DNA of 64,000 bases, from NCBI GenBank assembly GCA_002633005.1, contig NMRA01000410.1, forward strand, positions 275,977 to 339,976, in the 5' to 3' direction. Positions 35,466-49,318 of the stretch are shown piece after piece. The notes under the pieces were generated by a model. The model made no database searches and had not been told where the DNA came from. It was given only the letters and a program-made list of their open reading frames with translations. This stretch comes from Phoronis australis (lineage: Eukaryota; Animalia; Phoronida). Every line of letters begins with the position of its first letter. The first letter of the stretch is position 1. Made by a program: the position numbers and the translations under genes.

Positions 35466-38400
35466 CAAGCAGGTACAGCAAACTGTTTGCTGTTCGCCAT
35501 GGTTACTGTACCTTAGTTTACACTTAATTTAAAACACCCAATTTGACTCTTTTAGTACATTGTGTGGTCATAATATAGAAATATGAAACACAATATAACC
35601 AAGAATCCATATTAAATGCAAGATTTCCATGTACCGCTAAAAATAAGAAATAGACTTAGCACTGTACAATCTCACTTGTGCCTGTGATCCAGTCTTTGTA
35701 CTCGAAATCGGGCTGGAAATTACTTTTGACGTTTTCTGTAATTGTGTGATCTGTTTTTCTCTCCTTGATTATGTTATGGTTTATGGTGACTTGTGTCTAG
35801 TCCAATTTCACACCTTATGACCCCCTTGATTTGAGCTGCAGACTCGAGTGAGAGGTAGAGTTTTTGAGGAACACCCTGAAATTTTGAGTTCAAACTCGAA
35901 CTTATATCATTATTCCAGTACTAGACACTATTCCACATCAACCATAATGTATTCCAATGCAGAGCAATGAACTCTTGGTTATTTTGAATGCGCAGGAAGG
36001 TAGAATGGAAAAAGTCAAAATTAATTTTGATTCCGTGTACAAGGAGTATATCCCAGGCGCTGGTCAAGATACAATGTGGCAGACAAGGGAAATGTAATTT
36101 TTTTCATTACGAATATGTTACAAGAAAAAATGTGTTATCGTGTTGAAGTTCCATATTCCATGCCACATCTTATCATTAGAAATATTTTTAGAAATTTTGG
36201 GCATTCACAACAGTGTCAGCAGCCTTTGAAATAAGTCAACTATTTTTGCCTGAAATTGCTTCGTGGGAGTTGTATTGCAAGTTCATTGTCCTTGTCTAGA
36301 TTTAATATTGACTGAACCAAATCTCACGCTGTCCTGATTTCAGGGTGGTCAATGAAAGCTTGTGTGCTTGTAACTAGTTGTAACCTAACATTCCCGCCCG
36401 TGTGCGCTTGTTACAGCATGCAGGCTAAAATGGTCGAATACGGTACTCCGTTTTGCTTGAAGCCACACAAAACTGGCGGAGCCAAGCTCTCCATACCATA
36501 GCATGTTTGCGTTGTGGATACCAGATTCAGAGAGTGAAGCAATCCGTTTCCTCCACTTGTTACCTACAGTGTTCATGCCGTATTAGAAACAGCATTATAA
36601 TTCACTAAAAGGCTTCCGTGTCGAATTGGAGGTTATCATTGGTGGTCCTGGATTTGGATTGTGGGAAATGTCATATTGACAGTCCGTCTGCTTTGTTTAC
36701 GTGGTCTCGAGTTTGAAGACTGGTTTCATCGAGTACAAACTGTTTGCCAATACTATTTACACAATCATGTGATTTTCATGTAGCCGGGTAAAAATTTGTC
36801 AACCTGGAATTAAGGAATTTGCAAAAACTGCCGTGGTTCTAGTATTCAGACGCTTGCTGCATGACTGCAAATACTCAAAAATTTTCTGCATGTTTAGTGT
36901 CCTCTGCACCGTACAAACCATTTTAATAATGAAGACATTTTTTCTGGAAGTTATTTTATTGACAAAAAAATTTTAAAAATGATGTAATTACACTTGTCTG
37001 ACATGCTGTGTCCTAAACTAGAGAAGGTTGTACTGTTATTTGTCAGCCAACAAATGCATTGTACATCTTTTTGTATAAAGCGATGTTTTCTAACTTTCAA
37101 TTCTTTTCTTGGAAATTCTGAAAATGCAATGTTTGTACCAAAAGTTGTGACATCTTGGAGATGAGTTCAACTATTTCACAAATCTTTGTTGGTCATTTTC
37201 AAGCCTTTTGTTTTTTGACGCTTTTAGCAAACTTAGATGTTAATATTTCTTTAGCCCATGTGTCGATTTGTGTAACAAAGCAGGTGTTTCATCATGGTCT
37301 ATTGTAGAGGGAAATGTATCTCAAACATTTTTGATTTGCCGTCGAATAATTTATATACCAGCTGTCAAAAATGAGATGTTTTTAAAAATAGATCTTGGGT
37401 ATGATTATCCCAGTAATTTTAAATGTGAATAAAAAATCTGAGTCATGTTCACCTCCATATAGGCCATACAGTGTCTTTGGAAAGCTTTGTCATCAGTCTT
37501 TGATATTTTAAGACTCAGATTCAGGGTTTCCACCAATTGACAAGTCAGTAAACGTAGTTTGAAAGTGTACACTAAACAGTAAAGAAGTTGTTTGATAGAA
37601 TGTTTGTAGATTTCATGAAAGATGGTATTACTTAAAGCAACATTAAACTCGTTCTTTCTGTGCAAAATCATGTTTTGATTAATATAAAATTGGTCTTGTC
37701 TTGCTCTCTACTCAGTTTATAAGTGATCTGTGGATTTGGGCAAAATTGATTTTATTAATTTTTAGACCAAACTCATAAAGTTTTCAGTCACATGGTGACC
37801 TGAAATTTCATATCATTGGTCTGAAGAAATAATGAAGTTTTTTTTCAAGTCTGGAAATCATACCTGTTTTGAGAAAATTGAAACTAAATTCAAAATGGCA
37901 AGTGGACTGTATCGAAACTTATTTTTGCCGCGGTAAAATGATGAAACCCATAGTGTGTGTTGTATGAGACACGATGTCACTGATTTGTTGCAATAGAGTT
38001 TTGTTTATGTGGTGTTAGATTTAATGCAAGGAAAATGCAATGTAGTATGATATCGGTGCACTTTTAAAGTGGCATTTGTAGGCTAATTACTTATCTTTGT
38101 CAGTTTGTCACCAAATGAATTTAAATGCAATGTACTTGGCGGATGTGAATGAAGAGATGTTCGTAAAGCACTAAATGATCTTAATCGAGGTTTGTAGTCC
38201 AGTGCGGCCAGTTTCTCATAATTGGGCTGGGGAATATCACTACATGATGCTTGTTATGTTCTTGTGAGGTGCATCAATGATATTTTCTTAGACTTTTACA
38301 AATTATCTGATCGGTTAATGTGTAGATTATATTTAATAGCAGTTCTCTGCAATAACTTGGGGTAGGTTGCAGTGTGCGCCTGCCACTATTAGGAATGATT

Positions 38401-38539
38401 ACGGATAGTTTATGCAAATTGATGTTAGACCTTTTGCTTAGCAAACAATTATAGATTAATAAACAATTGACTCTTTGCTTATCATGTGCATTGCCGAAAT
38501 GAGGAAATCCACAGTTTAGTTAGAGTTTAAGTTAGTGCA

Positions 38540-38665
38540 TGCAAGAGGACAACTTGGACAATACAAAACACTATTAATTTGCTCCTGTTGGCCTATGAGG
38601 CAAGAGGACAGCTTGGACAATACATAACACTTGTCTATTATTTTGCTCTTGTTGGCCTATGAGGC
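38540..38665 (+). repeat. ~60-bp tandem duplication
   Basis: gcaagaggaca.cttggacaataca.aacact...ttgctc.tgttggcctatgagg occurs twice. Confidence 0.8.
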
Positions 38666-39439
38666 TTTTTAGTAATCTTGAAGGGAAATGTTGTTTGACA
38701 GCTCACTGGATATACTAAACTAAGGAATTGTTTTGCACCAACCAAATGTCTTTATTTATTTCCTGGAAATGTTTTGCACGTGACACATGTTTGTTAGATT
38801 ATGATGTTCATTTGTTTTATTCATGTCTCCTCTATCGCAGAATAATGTGGATATTGAATGATGCTAGACAATGTGCTTTGTATGGACTGTTTTTATGTGT
38901 TTCTGCTTACAATGTGGACTAAATTAAAAAAATTAAACAAAATGGAATGCAGTATTTGAACATGGTCATTGGACATTCATATCTTATTTCATATATTAAA
39001 GTGAGCATATGGACTCGTCCCTTTTTGCACAGTTTGGACTGTTTCTCTATTCTGTGTTGTGTCATTTCATCACGATCCATGAGTTCACTTGGGGGACATC
39101 TCCATCCAGCATTTCAGTTGACTGCAGAACCAAGGTGGTGGCCCTTTGTTGGGCCATTGACATCATTTCCTATTGTTTTATGGATAGAATATACTCTGCA
39201 GGGGAGAGGTAATTAACAAAGAACAATGTCTCTACAAGGTAACCAGGGATCCGCATTCTCATGCGCCCACATATATATGTGAGCGCCTCTGTATCTTTTG
39301 AGTTCCTTATCGTGAAATTTCGAGTCTGTTTGTCACTATACACTCGTTTACAGGCCAAACCAATCTAACGATGATTATGAAAATTGACTCATGCACATGT
39401 ACACATGCGCACGCTACATATATAGATATAGATGGCTTG

Positions 39440-40525
39440 CGATGGTTTTCTGACAGCTCCAACTACAGTGGTGCCATCTAGTGGCAGTTTTGTTTTTGTA
39501 TCCATGGCTGTATCTCTTAAACCCTCTGCAGGATCTTTGTTAAATTTTGCAAGTGTTTATATGAAGGTGACCACGGCTTCCGGACGCATCTAATTACTGG
39601 TGTGGCCCTAGTAGCAATTTTACTTCTTTTTTCTATTTTCGTCTTTCTTTGTAATTCCTGGACAGATTTTTTTAAATTTGGCAAATTTCTGCCAAAGAAT
39701 TGATGGCGTCTTGTTTTGAGTTGGATTTGATGTTAGTAGACGCCTCCTAGTGCCATTTTAAATTTATTTTTAGTCTGTTTTTGGCGTCCACTTCTATCGA
39801 CCAAACCACTTCTAGGACGATTAAGAAAACTGGCACATATATTCTTACTGGGTAAAGGATGGCTGATGATGATTTTTGGACGATGCCCAATACTGTGGTA
39901 CCTCCTTGTGGCAGTTTTTTTTTGTCTGTGGCTGTTTAGGTTAATATATACATGTTCGTATGAAGGTGACAATGAATGACATTTGGATGGGTCCATCTAC
40001 CGCTGTGCCCCCTAGTAGCAATTTTATTTTTACCATTTTCCTCCATCTTTAGAGTTCCTTGATGGATTTATTAATGAGGCGATAACATTTTTTCGGTTTC
40101 AGATGAATTGGCTGTTTTTTTGTTTTGTTTTGCTCTGTTGTAGGCGTGTATAAATCAGCGAAACCACTCTTAGAATCATTATGAAAATTGGTTAACGCGG
40201 TAAGAGTAAGGTTGACAGGTTTGGCTACTCTGGTGCCCCCTAGTGGCAGTTTGCTTTCTTCGCATCCGCAGCTGTTTCTTCCTGCAGGATCTTTGCGAAA
40301 TTTGGCAAATGTAATTCTATGAACATGACGACAGAGGACGACTTTTGGACGTGTCTGACGACCACTGTGCACCCTTCACTTGCTATGCACAGTCTGGAGA
40401 CTATTTTAAATTTAGTAGCATTGCTCCTTTTATTGGAAATGTTTAAAATTGTAATCATCCCTTGTATCTGCAAAATATGCGATACACACAGTGGGCTCAT
40501 ATCAATGCTCTGCGTGGCTCTAGTT
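39440..40525. repeat. Degenerate internally repetitive element with recurring CCCCTAGTGGCA motifs, between the convergent gene 3' ends
   Basis: Units at 39471 and 40233 share gtgcc..ctagtggcagttt...ctgcaggatcttt..aaattt.gcaa.tgt. Related units occur at 39601 and 40005. Confidence 0.6.
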
Positions 40526-42101
40526 ACTAAATGTAGCATGAAAAATGGTTACTTTCCCTACAATCCGATACAAATTACCATCTCAGTAAGTAACAGTTTG
40601 AACATGGCAAATTGTAGACGGCTGACAGAAGAGGAAATACGCGAGTCAGAGTCGAGGATTTTGCAACATTTTTATTCATGCAACAAAGTGTGGTGCACAT
40701 CAATAACATCTATGAAGAGATGCAATTAAAAGGTGACGTCACAAAGCAGTAGTCTGCAAATGCAAGACAAGCAACTATGACCAACTACTGCATGCAATGT
40801 ATGGCAATATTCACACACTTGCATGATCTCACTTTTCTTGCAAGAAATTTGGACTAGAGAACGAAGCTCAGGGTGAACCCTGGCTTCCTCATTTGTCGAA
40901 AGTCTGGTTCCCTTCATTCGAGGTAAGCAGTCTTTCTCTACAATAAGAAAATCAAGTTTTGATTGGCAAACTGTAAACAGTAGTTTATTATTTGCACTAA
41001 GTGGTACTTAAACCCGCTGATTATGCAGACCTTTGAAGTTATTTCAAATTTGCTTAAAATTTTTTGTGTGTTGAAGATGGTAACTGAGCGAATATTTAGA
41101 TTTAATCAACCTAGCAGAAATAAATAATTGTTCATTAAAACAGCAATAACCGTTATAACAGAACATTACAGAAGACTGGATTCTTGCAAAATGAATGACT
41201 AGAAATTGGAAACAAAATATTTTTCACACTTTCAATTGCCTCGTCCTCGTGTCAAATTTTTGAATGTAGCAATGGATCCGATGTACTTTGACAGCTACTT
41301 ATTAAAGCAAGTGAACTGGCAACACAGAGCTTTCAACAATTAAAAAGCCTCTAATTAAAAAATCTGATTTCACATTTACTAAGACGATCAAAATAAATAA
41401 TCATGTCCACAACATAGGAATGCTAATATAATATTGCAATAAAACTAACAAAAATGACAAAATAATAGGTCCCTAAATTGCATGTTCCAGATCAAAATTG
41501 CTCGTAACTAGAGTGAAAAGGTGACTAAATGGGACAGTTTCGCTAATACAGTACACATTTTGACACTGTGAGTGTCTTCACAACATGCAAATTGCAACTT
41601 GCTCGTATTTCGTTGCCATTCCAGAAAGGAGCAGTTGTAATAAACCGCCGGTTCTGTCGAGCATTCCAGCAACCCATTGTCTCTTATTGTCATACAGGTA
41701 CTTGTGCCAACTAATCACCAGATTTCAAAGAGTGACTTAAAACCAAATGGAACAATTTTCAACTTTGGTTTACACTTCTGGATTTTCACTGTTCAAAAAC
41801 TTGAACACGGACTACAGAACAATAATTTTGAAGAAAATACAGGGTAGGTAAGATCTCAGCAAGATTAATGCTGGTATGACAAATAGTATATTGAAGTTAT
41901 CAGCTGTACACTGGTATGCATATAAAGTGAGATTGCGTACAACATTTCAGAACCCCGGCAACATACAGACCCGCAGGAAGGTAATTTTTTGGGAATACTA
42001 ACGAAACAAAAATTCTAACTACATCTCAAATCTCATTGTTAAAGTCAATAAAGAATATCATTTTTGGTCTTCGTACAGTTTTGCTTCATGTTGTTAACCA
42101 G

Positions 42102-42364
42102 GGGCCCATTCAAAGAAACTGCCATAAGTTAATTGTAGGTGGTCTTCAATCAATTTCTCTGCACCCAAAACTTTCTTTCCATTCCAACAAAGTATCTTAA
42201 CTAAGATCCTATTAAGCTCTTTCTATATCTATAAGACAACTCTAGTCTTGTCTAAAGTCGGTCTCAATTTTTTTCAAAATAGCCACCACTTAAAGCTGCA
42301 TTTTGCAATATAACTATAAGTTTCAGATTTGGCTAAGCTATGTCAGTTTTCTTAGAATGGGTCC
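42102..42364. mobile_element. PIF/Harbinger-type MITE in the SLC33A1 3' UTR region
   Basis: TIRs gggcccattcaaagaaactgccata / tatgtcagttttcttagaatgggtcc with CAG/CTG-type flanks. Confidence 0.6.
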
Positions 42365-42486
42365 TGCACATTCTGTGATGTATTAAAACCTAAACAATAG
42401 AGATTTCCACAATATCCGTTGAACAGGAAAGGTCCTTCTTTATATTTTTACACAGTGTAAATAGATCTGCTAAATGTATCCTTCCA

Positions 42487-45400
42487 TCAGGATGTCGTTG
42501 CTCTCCACATTTTCGGGTCCAGATCCTGTAAACTTCTCATTCTATTCCCGAAATATCCCAGCCACAGGAATCCCAGCACTGTGCATACCACCACTTCAAT
42601 GTAGTAACCATCCCACTGGGTCACACAGCGACCACCATCTTTTGCACAGGCCTGAAAGAAGTGAGAACAACCTCCTGCAATTTGGCTAGTAAGAATGTTG
42701 CTACTATTTGGCACTATTTTGATGGAAGCATCACATCTGCGTGTATTGACCGGTTCACAAAATTGAAGATACGTTACACAGCACCTTTTAGTTTAGACCA
42801 ATTATGGGCATATTTAGACCGATGTACCTATATGCGAGGCTACACCTATGTCTACTGCCCCTCTTCTATAATAATATCATGCTAATTGCACTTCCTATCA
42901 ATATGAAGTCCATATCAAAATGATTATTTTTTCTGTACGATGCAGCTAAGACCACCCAGCCCCAGCCATAACAATAATGCAATTCCTGGGCAAATAAAAA
43001 AAAAATTCTAATCTGAGTAAGGAACATGTCGACACCAAGATTCATAATGACAAGTGGTCTAAATCCAATTATTTCCTAAACAGAAGGCCAATACTAGACA
43101 ATACAGTTTCTGAAAACAACACCATCCTCCCATTGATATTGAGTCACACCGATGTCTGAGCTCACCGCTTTGCCCGACTCTGAATAACACGTGCCAGAGG
43201 CACCTTCACACGTCGTCCATGTGAGTCCATCCACGAACCACAGCGCCATGGTAGCGGGCCAGTTACCACCTGCGACAAGAAAGGCATATTACGACAAAGC
43301 ATATGGATGACACATCTCACTTTATCACATCTCATTTTCCAAGAAAAACTAGAAATGTTAGTGATGGGTCGGACTTTTAAAGCAACACAATCGGCAACAA
43401 TGAAGCATGACTAATATTGTACACAATCACACAAAACTGCCGCTGTCAACGAACACTCCAACAGTTATTTAAAGCTTTTTCATCAAACATATTTAGAACA
43501 TGTTTTTCTTTTGCTTTTTTAAACAAAATCTGCGATGACAGAGACCCTCAACTACACCAGTTGTTGAACCACAAGACCTTCAGGTACCACCTAACTCCCA
43601 AACCTAATTTGCCCAACATAATTTTAGACATAACATCCACCAACACAGAGTCCTGAAAATCCACCCAACTATTCAGCCGAGCATTGCTTGGCATTTCTGA
43701 AAAGTTTCAGGGACAGTCACAACTGAAAAAGACTGAACAGCCCCTCAAGTCGCCAATGAATAACAACATATGCATTTACTGAAATAATAAATGTTTCGAT
43801 TCCACAATAAATAATGTATGCTGCTCTTCTATGTAGGCCAGCTTCTTTGATAATCACTTTGTTAAATCTCTCCGAGATAGCAAGTAGAAGCATTTTGTAA
43901 ATAAATCCGTTGTTGTTTTTATCAACACTTTATTAAACAAAATTATAGTCTGGATCGAGACAAACGCATTCACTTTTTTCCTTCAATACACATGTGCTCG
44001 TCTCCTTTCCAGCTTACCTTTGGTCATCCAAAACTTAACTAGAGATAGTTGATGCTGTGAAATCAACCATAGACAAGAACATAAGATGGGAAGACAGTGA
44101 CAACTCACCTAGATTGGTAACTGTATTCATAAGTGTCATGTAAGTGCCTCCTATTGCAGGATCACTGATTTTAGCCACGAAGGCCATGTTCGACACAAAG
44201 CAACTGTATAGCGTCACCTGCAATATACAGAGATGTTGATTCACTACCTCACCAGAACAGATTGAAGGACATGAAATACACATTGTTGGTGAAAATTTAA
44301 AACTTTGTTGTCGATTCAAACGTCCATTGTGTGCAAGTTCAAATGACATTAGGTCAAAATTTGTAATTAAAAAGTCACCAATTGAACTGTGTTTTAGAAC
44401 ACACGTGCTGAATATGCTAGTACGTGTAGTTCAAAGGTGTGGCGGAATGTACTTCAGATTTTAAAGAGTTGATTCATGCAAGGGAACAGGCCACCACTAT
44501 TTTGTTTGTCTACAATTTGGAGTGGTTGCTAGGGGTGTGATGTAATCACTTTCCTTCCCTATGGCTTAAGTTGCCCCTTTCTTAATTTTTCAAGGACTTT
44601 CAAAGTTGTTGCGAATGTCCACAGTTTTGCAGTGTTGTCTGTTGGCTGCTATGACACAGAACTTGATCGTGGCAAAGCACTATTTTCGTGCCACATACTT
44701 TTTTATGAAAAAATCAAGAAAAACATTTCGTTCGTCTGCCATAACGTGTCCTTCACTGGTGCATAAGTGACCTGGTGGAACTTTGATTTGAATGTAGGGT
44801 AATGGCAACTGACCTGGTGTATGCAATAACACAATACTATGATGATGTAGAAGTGATAGGGGAACTGGTGTTCCCCAGTCTTTGCGTGTCCAGCCCACCA
44901 CACCAGGGTGGCAAAGACCAGCCCCATCACCAGCCTGAAACACGACATCACAACATGATACACAATGCACACACAAATGATTCAAATTAACGTTTGCGTC
45001 TTCCTTATTTTAAAAACTACAATTAAATATTTAAGGTAGTGTAGGACTTCATTTACAAGTGTATATGTAATTAGCCAAAAGTCTACTAAACTCTAGATTT
45101 TAATTTCGGTTGGTAAAAGTACGCATTTTGTGAAGGTAGAAAGCCTGCAGAATTTGATTTTTGGTTTCATACCAAACTGTAATGAATTGGGTCACATGAC
45201 TGTGTCTTTTTAGTAGAATTTAGTAAGACAATGGTATAGATAAGATTTCATTTGATATAAATGCTAGAGATGAAGTCTCAAAAACGCTGTTGCAGTTTTA
45301 TAAATTATCACTTCATCTGCAACTTAAGAGCAATCTAACCGAAGCCTTTAGTGGCTACTATATGGTGCTGGTAAAACTACAAATCTACCTCACAGGAATT

Positions 45401-46038
45401 GCTTTGAGTGTAACATTGAAAGACTTAGCCCAGAAGAGTAAACAGCTGATGTTATTATGCAAAGAAGACTGCAAACCTACCTTCCACAAAATATTCTGAA
45501 GCCGATATCGAGAGGCCGAGCCCAGGTAGCTTAATCATTGATAATTGCCGCCAACAAGAATACAAACCTACCTCACAGGAAATGCTTTGATTGTAACGTC
45601 GAGTGGCTTAGGCCCGGCAGTTTTATGGCTGAGGTACAAAGTTAGAACCACCTGCAGTGGTACCAGTGGAACAGCCAGCATGGCTAAATGTTCCTTGGGA
45701 ACTCCTTGACCAATCAGCTTCAAGCCCGTCACGGCATCGGTGGCTGCGAACCCAATCTAGAGGCAGAGATTCACTGAATCTGAATACAGAGGCCATAGCA
45801 CAAAATCTAGATTGTGTGACGGTCATTTAAAACTTTATTACTGCTCAAAACCAGGTTCAATAGGTTGTCTAGCCCAGTGTTACTTTAGATGCAATCTGTC
45901 GTGTTTTGGTGCGTTTTGGTATGGGTTTTGGTGTGTGTTTTGGCGTGTGTTTTGGCGTGTGTTTTGGCGTGTGTTTTGGCGTGTGTTTTGGCGTGTGTTT
46001 TGGCGTGTGTTTTGGCGTGTGTTTTGGCGTGTGTTTTG

Positions 46039-46100
<62 letters not shown>

Positions 46101-48795
46101 NNNNNNNNNNNNNNNNNNNNNNNNNNNNNNNNNNNNNNNNNNNNNNNNNNNNNNNNNNNNTGTGTCCCAAGAACCCCCAGATCTTGGGACACGTCCTGTG
46201 ATACTGGCATTTAAAAGCCTTTTACCCGCCAGTTCTACTCACTTAAATTCTGATCTATGTGAAGTGTACGCGTGTTCTTAGTATCCACTGTCTGTGTTGT
46301 GTGCTTGTGGGGTTTTCATAAATTTACAGTCGTTGTACATGGAACTAGAATAAAGCATAACTGTAGAATGACCTGCAGGCAACACCGCGCCACAACACAC
46401 AGGTTGATCATGTTACGTATGCACTGAACACAGTCTCAAAGAATTACAGAGAACTGTCAGGTCTTCCAAAGTCCAGACATCATGTCTAATCTAACACAGA
46501 CATGAGCTGAAAACTGCTTCTGATGAAAAGTCCCCCAACTTAAGTTATTTTTGACAGACAGAGGTTTGCAACATCCCTTTTTAGAACCCCGTTTAGCCCC
46601 TAACTCATACCTTAATGGTAAGCAGTATGGCCACATACTTGAGGACGGCGGGTAGTCGTATAATATGATACAGCTGTTTGTATGTGTCGACTATACCCAG
46701 CTCATCACTGTCATCATCCATTCGCTCGTGTTTCAGCCACCACACCAGGCTTGTCGTGATGAGGAACACGAAGCCCCAAAAGCGGAGGAACCCTACAAAG
46801 TAAAGAGTGTAAACATAAGACCTGGACAGAGTTCAGTAGCAGTCTCGCGGCTAGAAAAATCTAGCCAAAATCACGCGTTCTCAATTGAAATACACGGCAA
46901 TATGTCGCGTAATTTCGTGAAGTCTTGCTTTTCTAGCGAGGTCCTAGTGTTTCTGCACTCTACTCTGTGATGTTAGTTGAATTTGACCCAAGGTTTGTCA
47001 AGCTTAATGATATATCACCTCATTTGATGTTTTTTCCCAGTTGAAATTTCCACACTTCCTTACTGACTATTGCTCAGTTAGCTTGATAAAGACTTTTGAT
47101 GCGTAAGCGTCATCTAGCTTGTCAGAGAATCTTAAATAAGCTTGTTGGGACAGTCTCCTTTTCAACGGAGAACTCCTAGCTTGATTTGCCACTTGGTAAC
47201 CGTTGCTGTGCAAGCTTGAGTTAACAAACACCAACACTACGTGCTGGTTGTAAGTGTACAACATTCAACTAAAACGTGAATATTCTATATTAATTTGCGA
47301 TTATCGATACTTATGGGAGCAGCATGAAGCAAAACATATAAACACAGGCCGTAATTAAACGTCATAGTGAGAAACAAGATTTTTCCCATGATTATTTTTG
47401 GCACGTGTTGTATAATGAAGCTGCAATACCAGTTTTTACAATACCATCATCCATCCCTAATCCCGTGTACGGTTCAGATGAACTTACAAGACAGGTCGAC
47501 CAAGCCATATGGTTGGGGTTCAGTCCTGAGGTAGTTGCAAAATGCAGGAGACTGAAGTGCAAGAAAACAGACATTGGCCACAAAATACCCAACTGTCTGT
47601 CCAACACTATTGCATGTGGACGCCCAGCCAACGTTTCTCCTAAAATAAATGGAGAATTAGTGTGAAATGCCACAGTAAGAAACCATCATTTGTGTACAGA
47701 AACACCATCTCAAAATGTAGCAGTGCAGATGAATGAAGGCTTTGAGACAAGCCTAGAACAGCCATGACCTAACAACAAAAATCTTGAAACAACATTTTTC
47801 TTGGAACCACAATGCCATAGAATACTAAAGAGTGAAACACATCCATCTACATAGTACCACCTGCTTGGTATTTTGCTCTTAAAGATAACATTTCCTTGCA
47901 CTGTAGATTCTGAACTAGTCTCACCAACTAAAAATAATAGAAAAATAACATTTTGAAAATTACAGCACCGTATATATTTTTGTTTCCTTACACTGTCTTT
48001 AGTGTCATAGAATAAGACTGTGAAGTTTTCTAGAATTCAACCATGGCAACAATTTTGTTGGTGCACCACCAGAAATTCAAAATTCAAATGAAGAAGTTCT
48101 GTATCTATGATGTTACCAGATTTTTAGGAGCCAACAAATTTCCCACACTGCATTTGAAAATGACATTCGGGCTGTAGATGAAATCTCTTAAATTACCTGG
48201 ACAGCATTGTCAAGGCCCAGCCATCAACAGCGACATCTTGTGTTGCTGCCAGAAATGTCAGGCAGGCAAAGAAGAAAGTCAGAGTGTAAACATCAGCATG
48301 CCCATTGCCAGCCTCTCCTAGCAAAGACTTGACAATTGTCGACAAGTATAACATAAACAATCCCAAAGCGTACTGAGTTGGTATAAGCCATGATTTCCGT
48401 CGTCCGAATGACTTAACGTATGCAGCGTCAACGATCGGAGCCCATAGCAGTTTCATGCTAAATGGCCAGATAACAAAACTAAACACAGCCTGTTCCTTGT
48501 AGCTGATATTTCGCTCCTGTAACATTAAAGGAATGCTACCAGCCAGTCCGAGGGGAATACCTTGAAGAACGTAAAGGAACATTAACACCGCTATGTTGAC
48601 TCGGTCTCCGTCTAAGTTGGGTCTCTCATAGCTGCTACCCCTTCCGTCGTTCTCCGACTGCGAGGATGCGCTGTCGTAATGTATGTGCATGGGTGGGAAT
48701 GTATGGTCGCTCTCTATGTCATCAAGTTCTACGAAATGTCTTGGTTCTTTGTCTTCATTATGCACCTGACTTCTGGTTATGCGCTTTGTTGCCAT
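42487..48795 (-). CDS. SLC33A1: Acetyl-coenzyme A transporter 1 (MFS/Acatn), complement(join(42487-42651,43166-43269,44109-44217,44814-44934,45572-45756,46611-46792,47488-47639,48197-48795)), 538 aa
   Basis: Diagnostic motifs LYVLQGIPLGL, WPFSMKLLWAPIVD, FGRRKSWLIPTQY, LAATQDVAVDGWALTMLSR, NVGWASTCNSVGQT, DAVTGLKL..GVPKEHLA, SDPAIGGTYMTLMNTVTNLGGNWP and DGYYIE. All introns are GT-AG with consistent phases. Total 1617 nt. Confidence 0.97.
45900..46160. repeat. 12-bp minisatellite (GCGTGTGTTTTG)n grading into a (GT)n microsatellite, followed by a 60-N assembly gap
   Basis: Directly visible. The gap spans 46101-46160, inside an SLC33A1 intron. Confidence 0.95.
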
Positions 48796-49168
48796 TCCCA
48801 CGCTATCTCGGAACTGAAACAGGAATTTTGCAATGGACAACAATGTAAATCATTTACAACTGGCTTCAGATTTTGAGAACCAGTTTGATGCCAATTATTC
48901 AGTGAAAGAAACTGGTTCTCAAAATGCAGGACCCTGTTCATCGCAGAACCATGTCTCCACAGTAACATACCACAACATAACAGCAATTTGACTTGGGGTT
49001 ATAAAAATATTGCCATATGTCATTAGTCATGGATGCTGTGAGAAATTGGGACACTCATTTCGGATGTCCTATTCTTGAAATCCTGGATGAACACCTGGCA
49101 AGGGCTCCCAAGTATGCACGCAATATTTACGTGATATTAAAGCTACATGCATTCTGTCAAAACACCAG

Positions 49169-49318
49169 GGCCCAGTTGCATAAAAGTTATACGCCGTATA
49201 GCAACAATGACGTCACATTATCACGCGTCACGTTGTTATTGTTGAACAATGCACCTGACGTCATGCGACAATCAAACTTATCCAGCGGATAACTTTTGAA
49301 GCTTTATGCAACTCAGCC
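49169..49318. mobile_element. PIF/Harbinger-type MITE (150 bp)
   Basis: TIRs ggcccagttgcataaa / tttatgcaactcagcc and a 3-bp TSD CAG (49166-68, 49319-21). Confidence 0.75.

Noticed and set aside
44755-44780. Intronic FHQVTY resembling the spliced HQ|VTLY junction (retro-copied fragment)
   Set aside because: Only ~10 nt match, which is compatible with chance or a short local duplication of the donor.
45812-46281. Repetitive ORFs (VFWR)n, (HTPK)n, (CV)n
   Set aside because: These are translations of the minisatellite, microsatellite and N gap inside an SLC33A1 intron.
48796-48843. N-terminal extension MLSIAKFLFQFRDSVG of SLC33A1 in the ORF track
   Set aside because: It starts at a TTG and crosses a splice acceptor (tttcag at 48814-15). 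The first ATG is at 48795.
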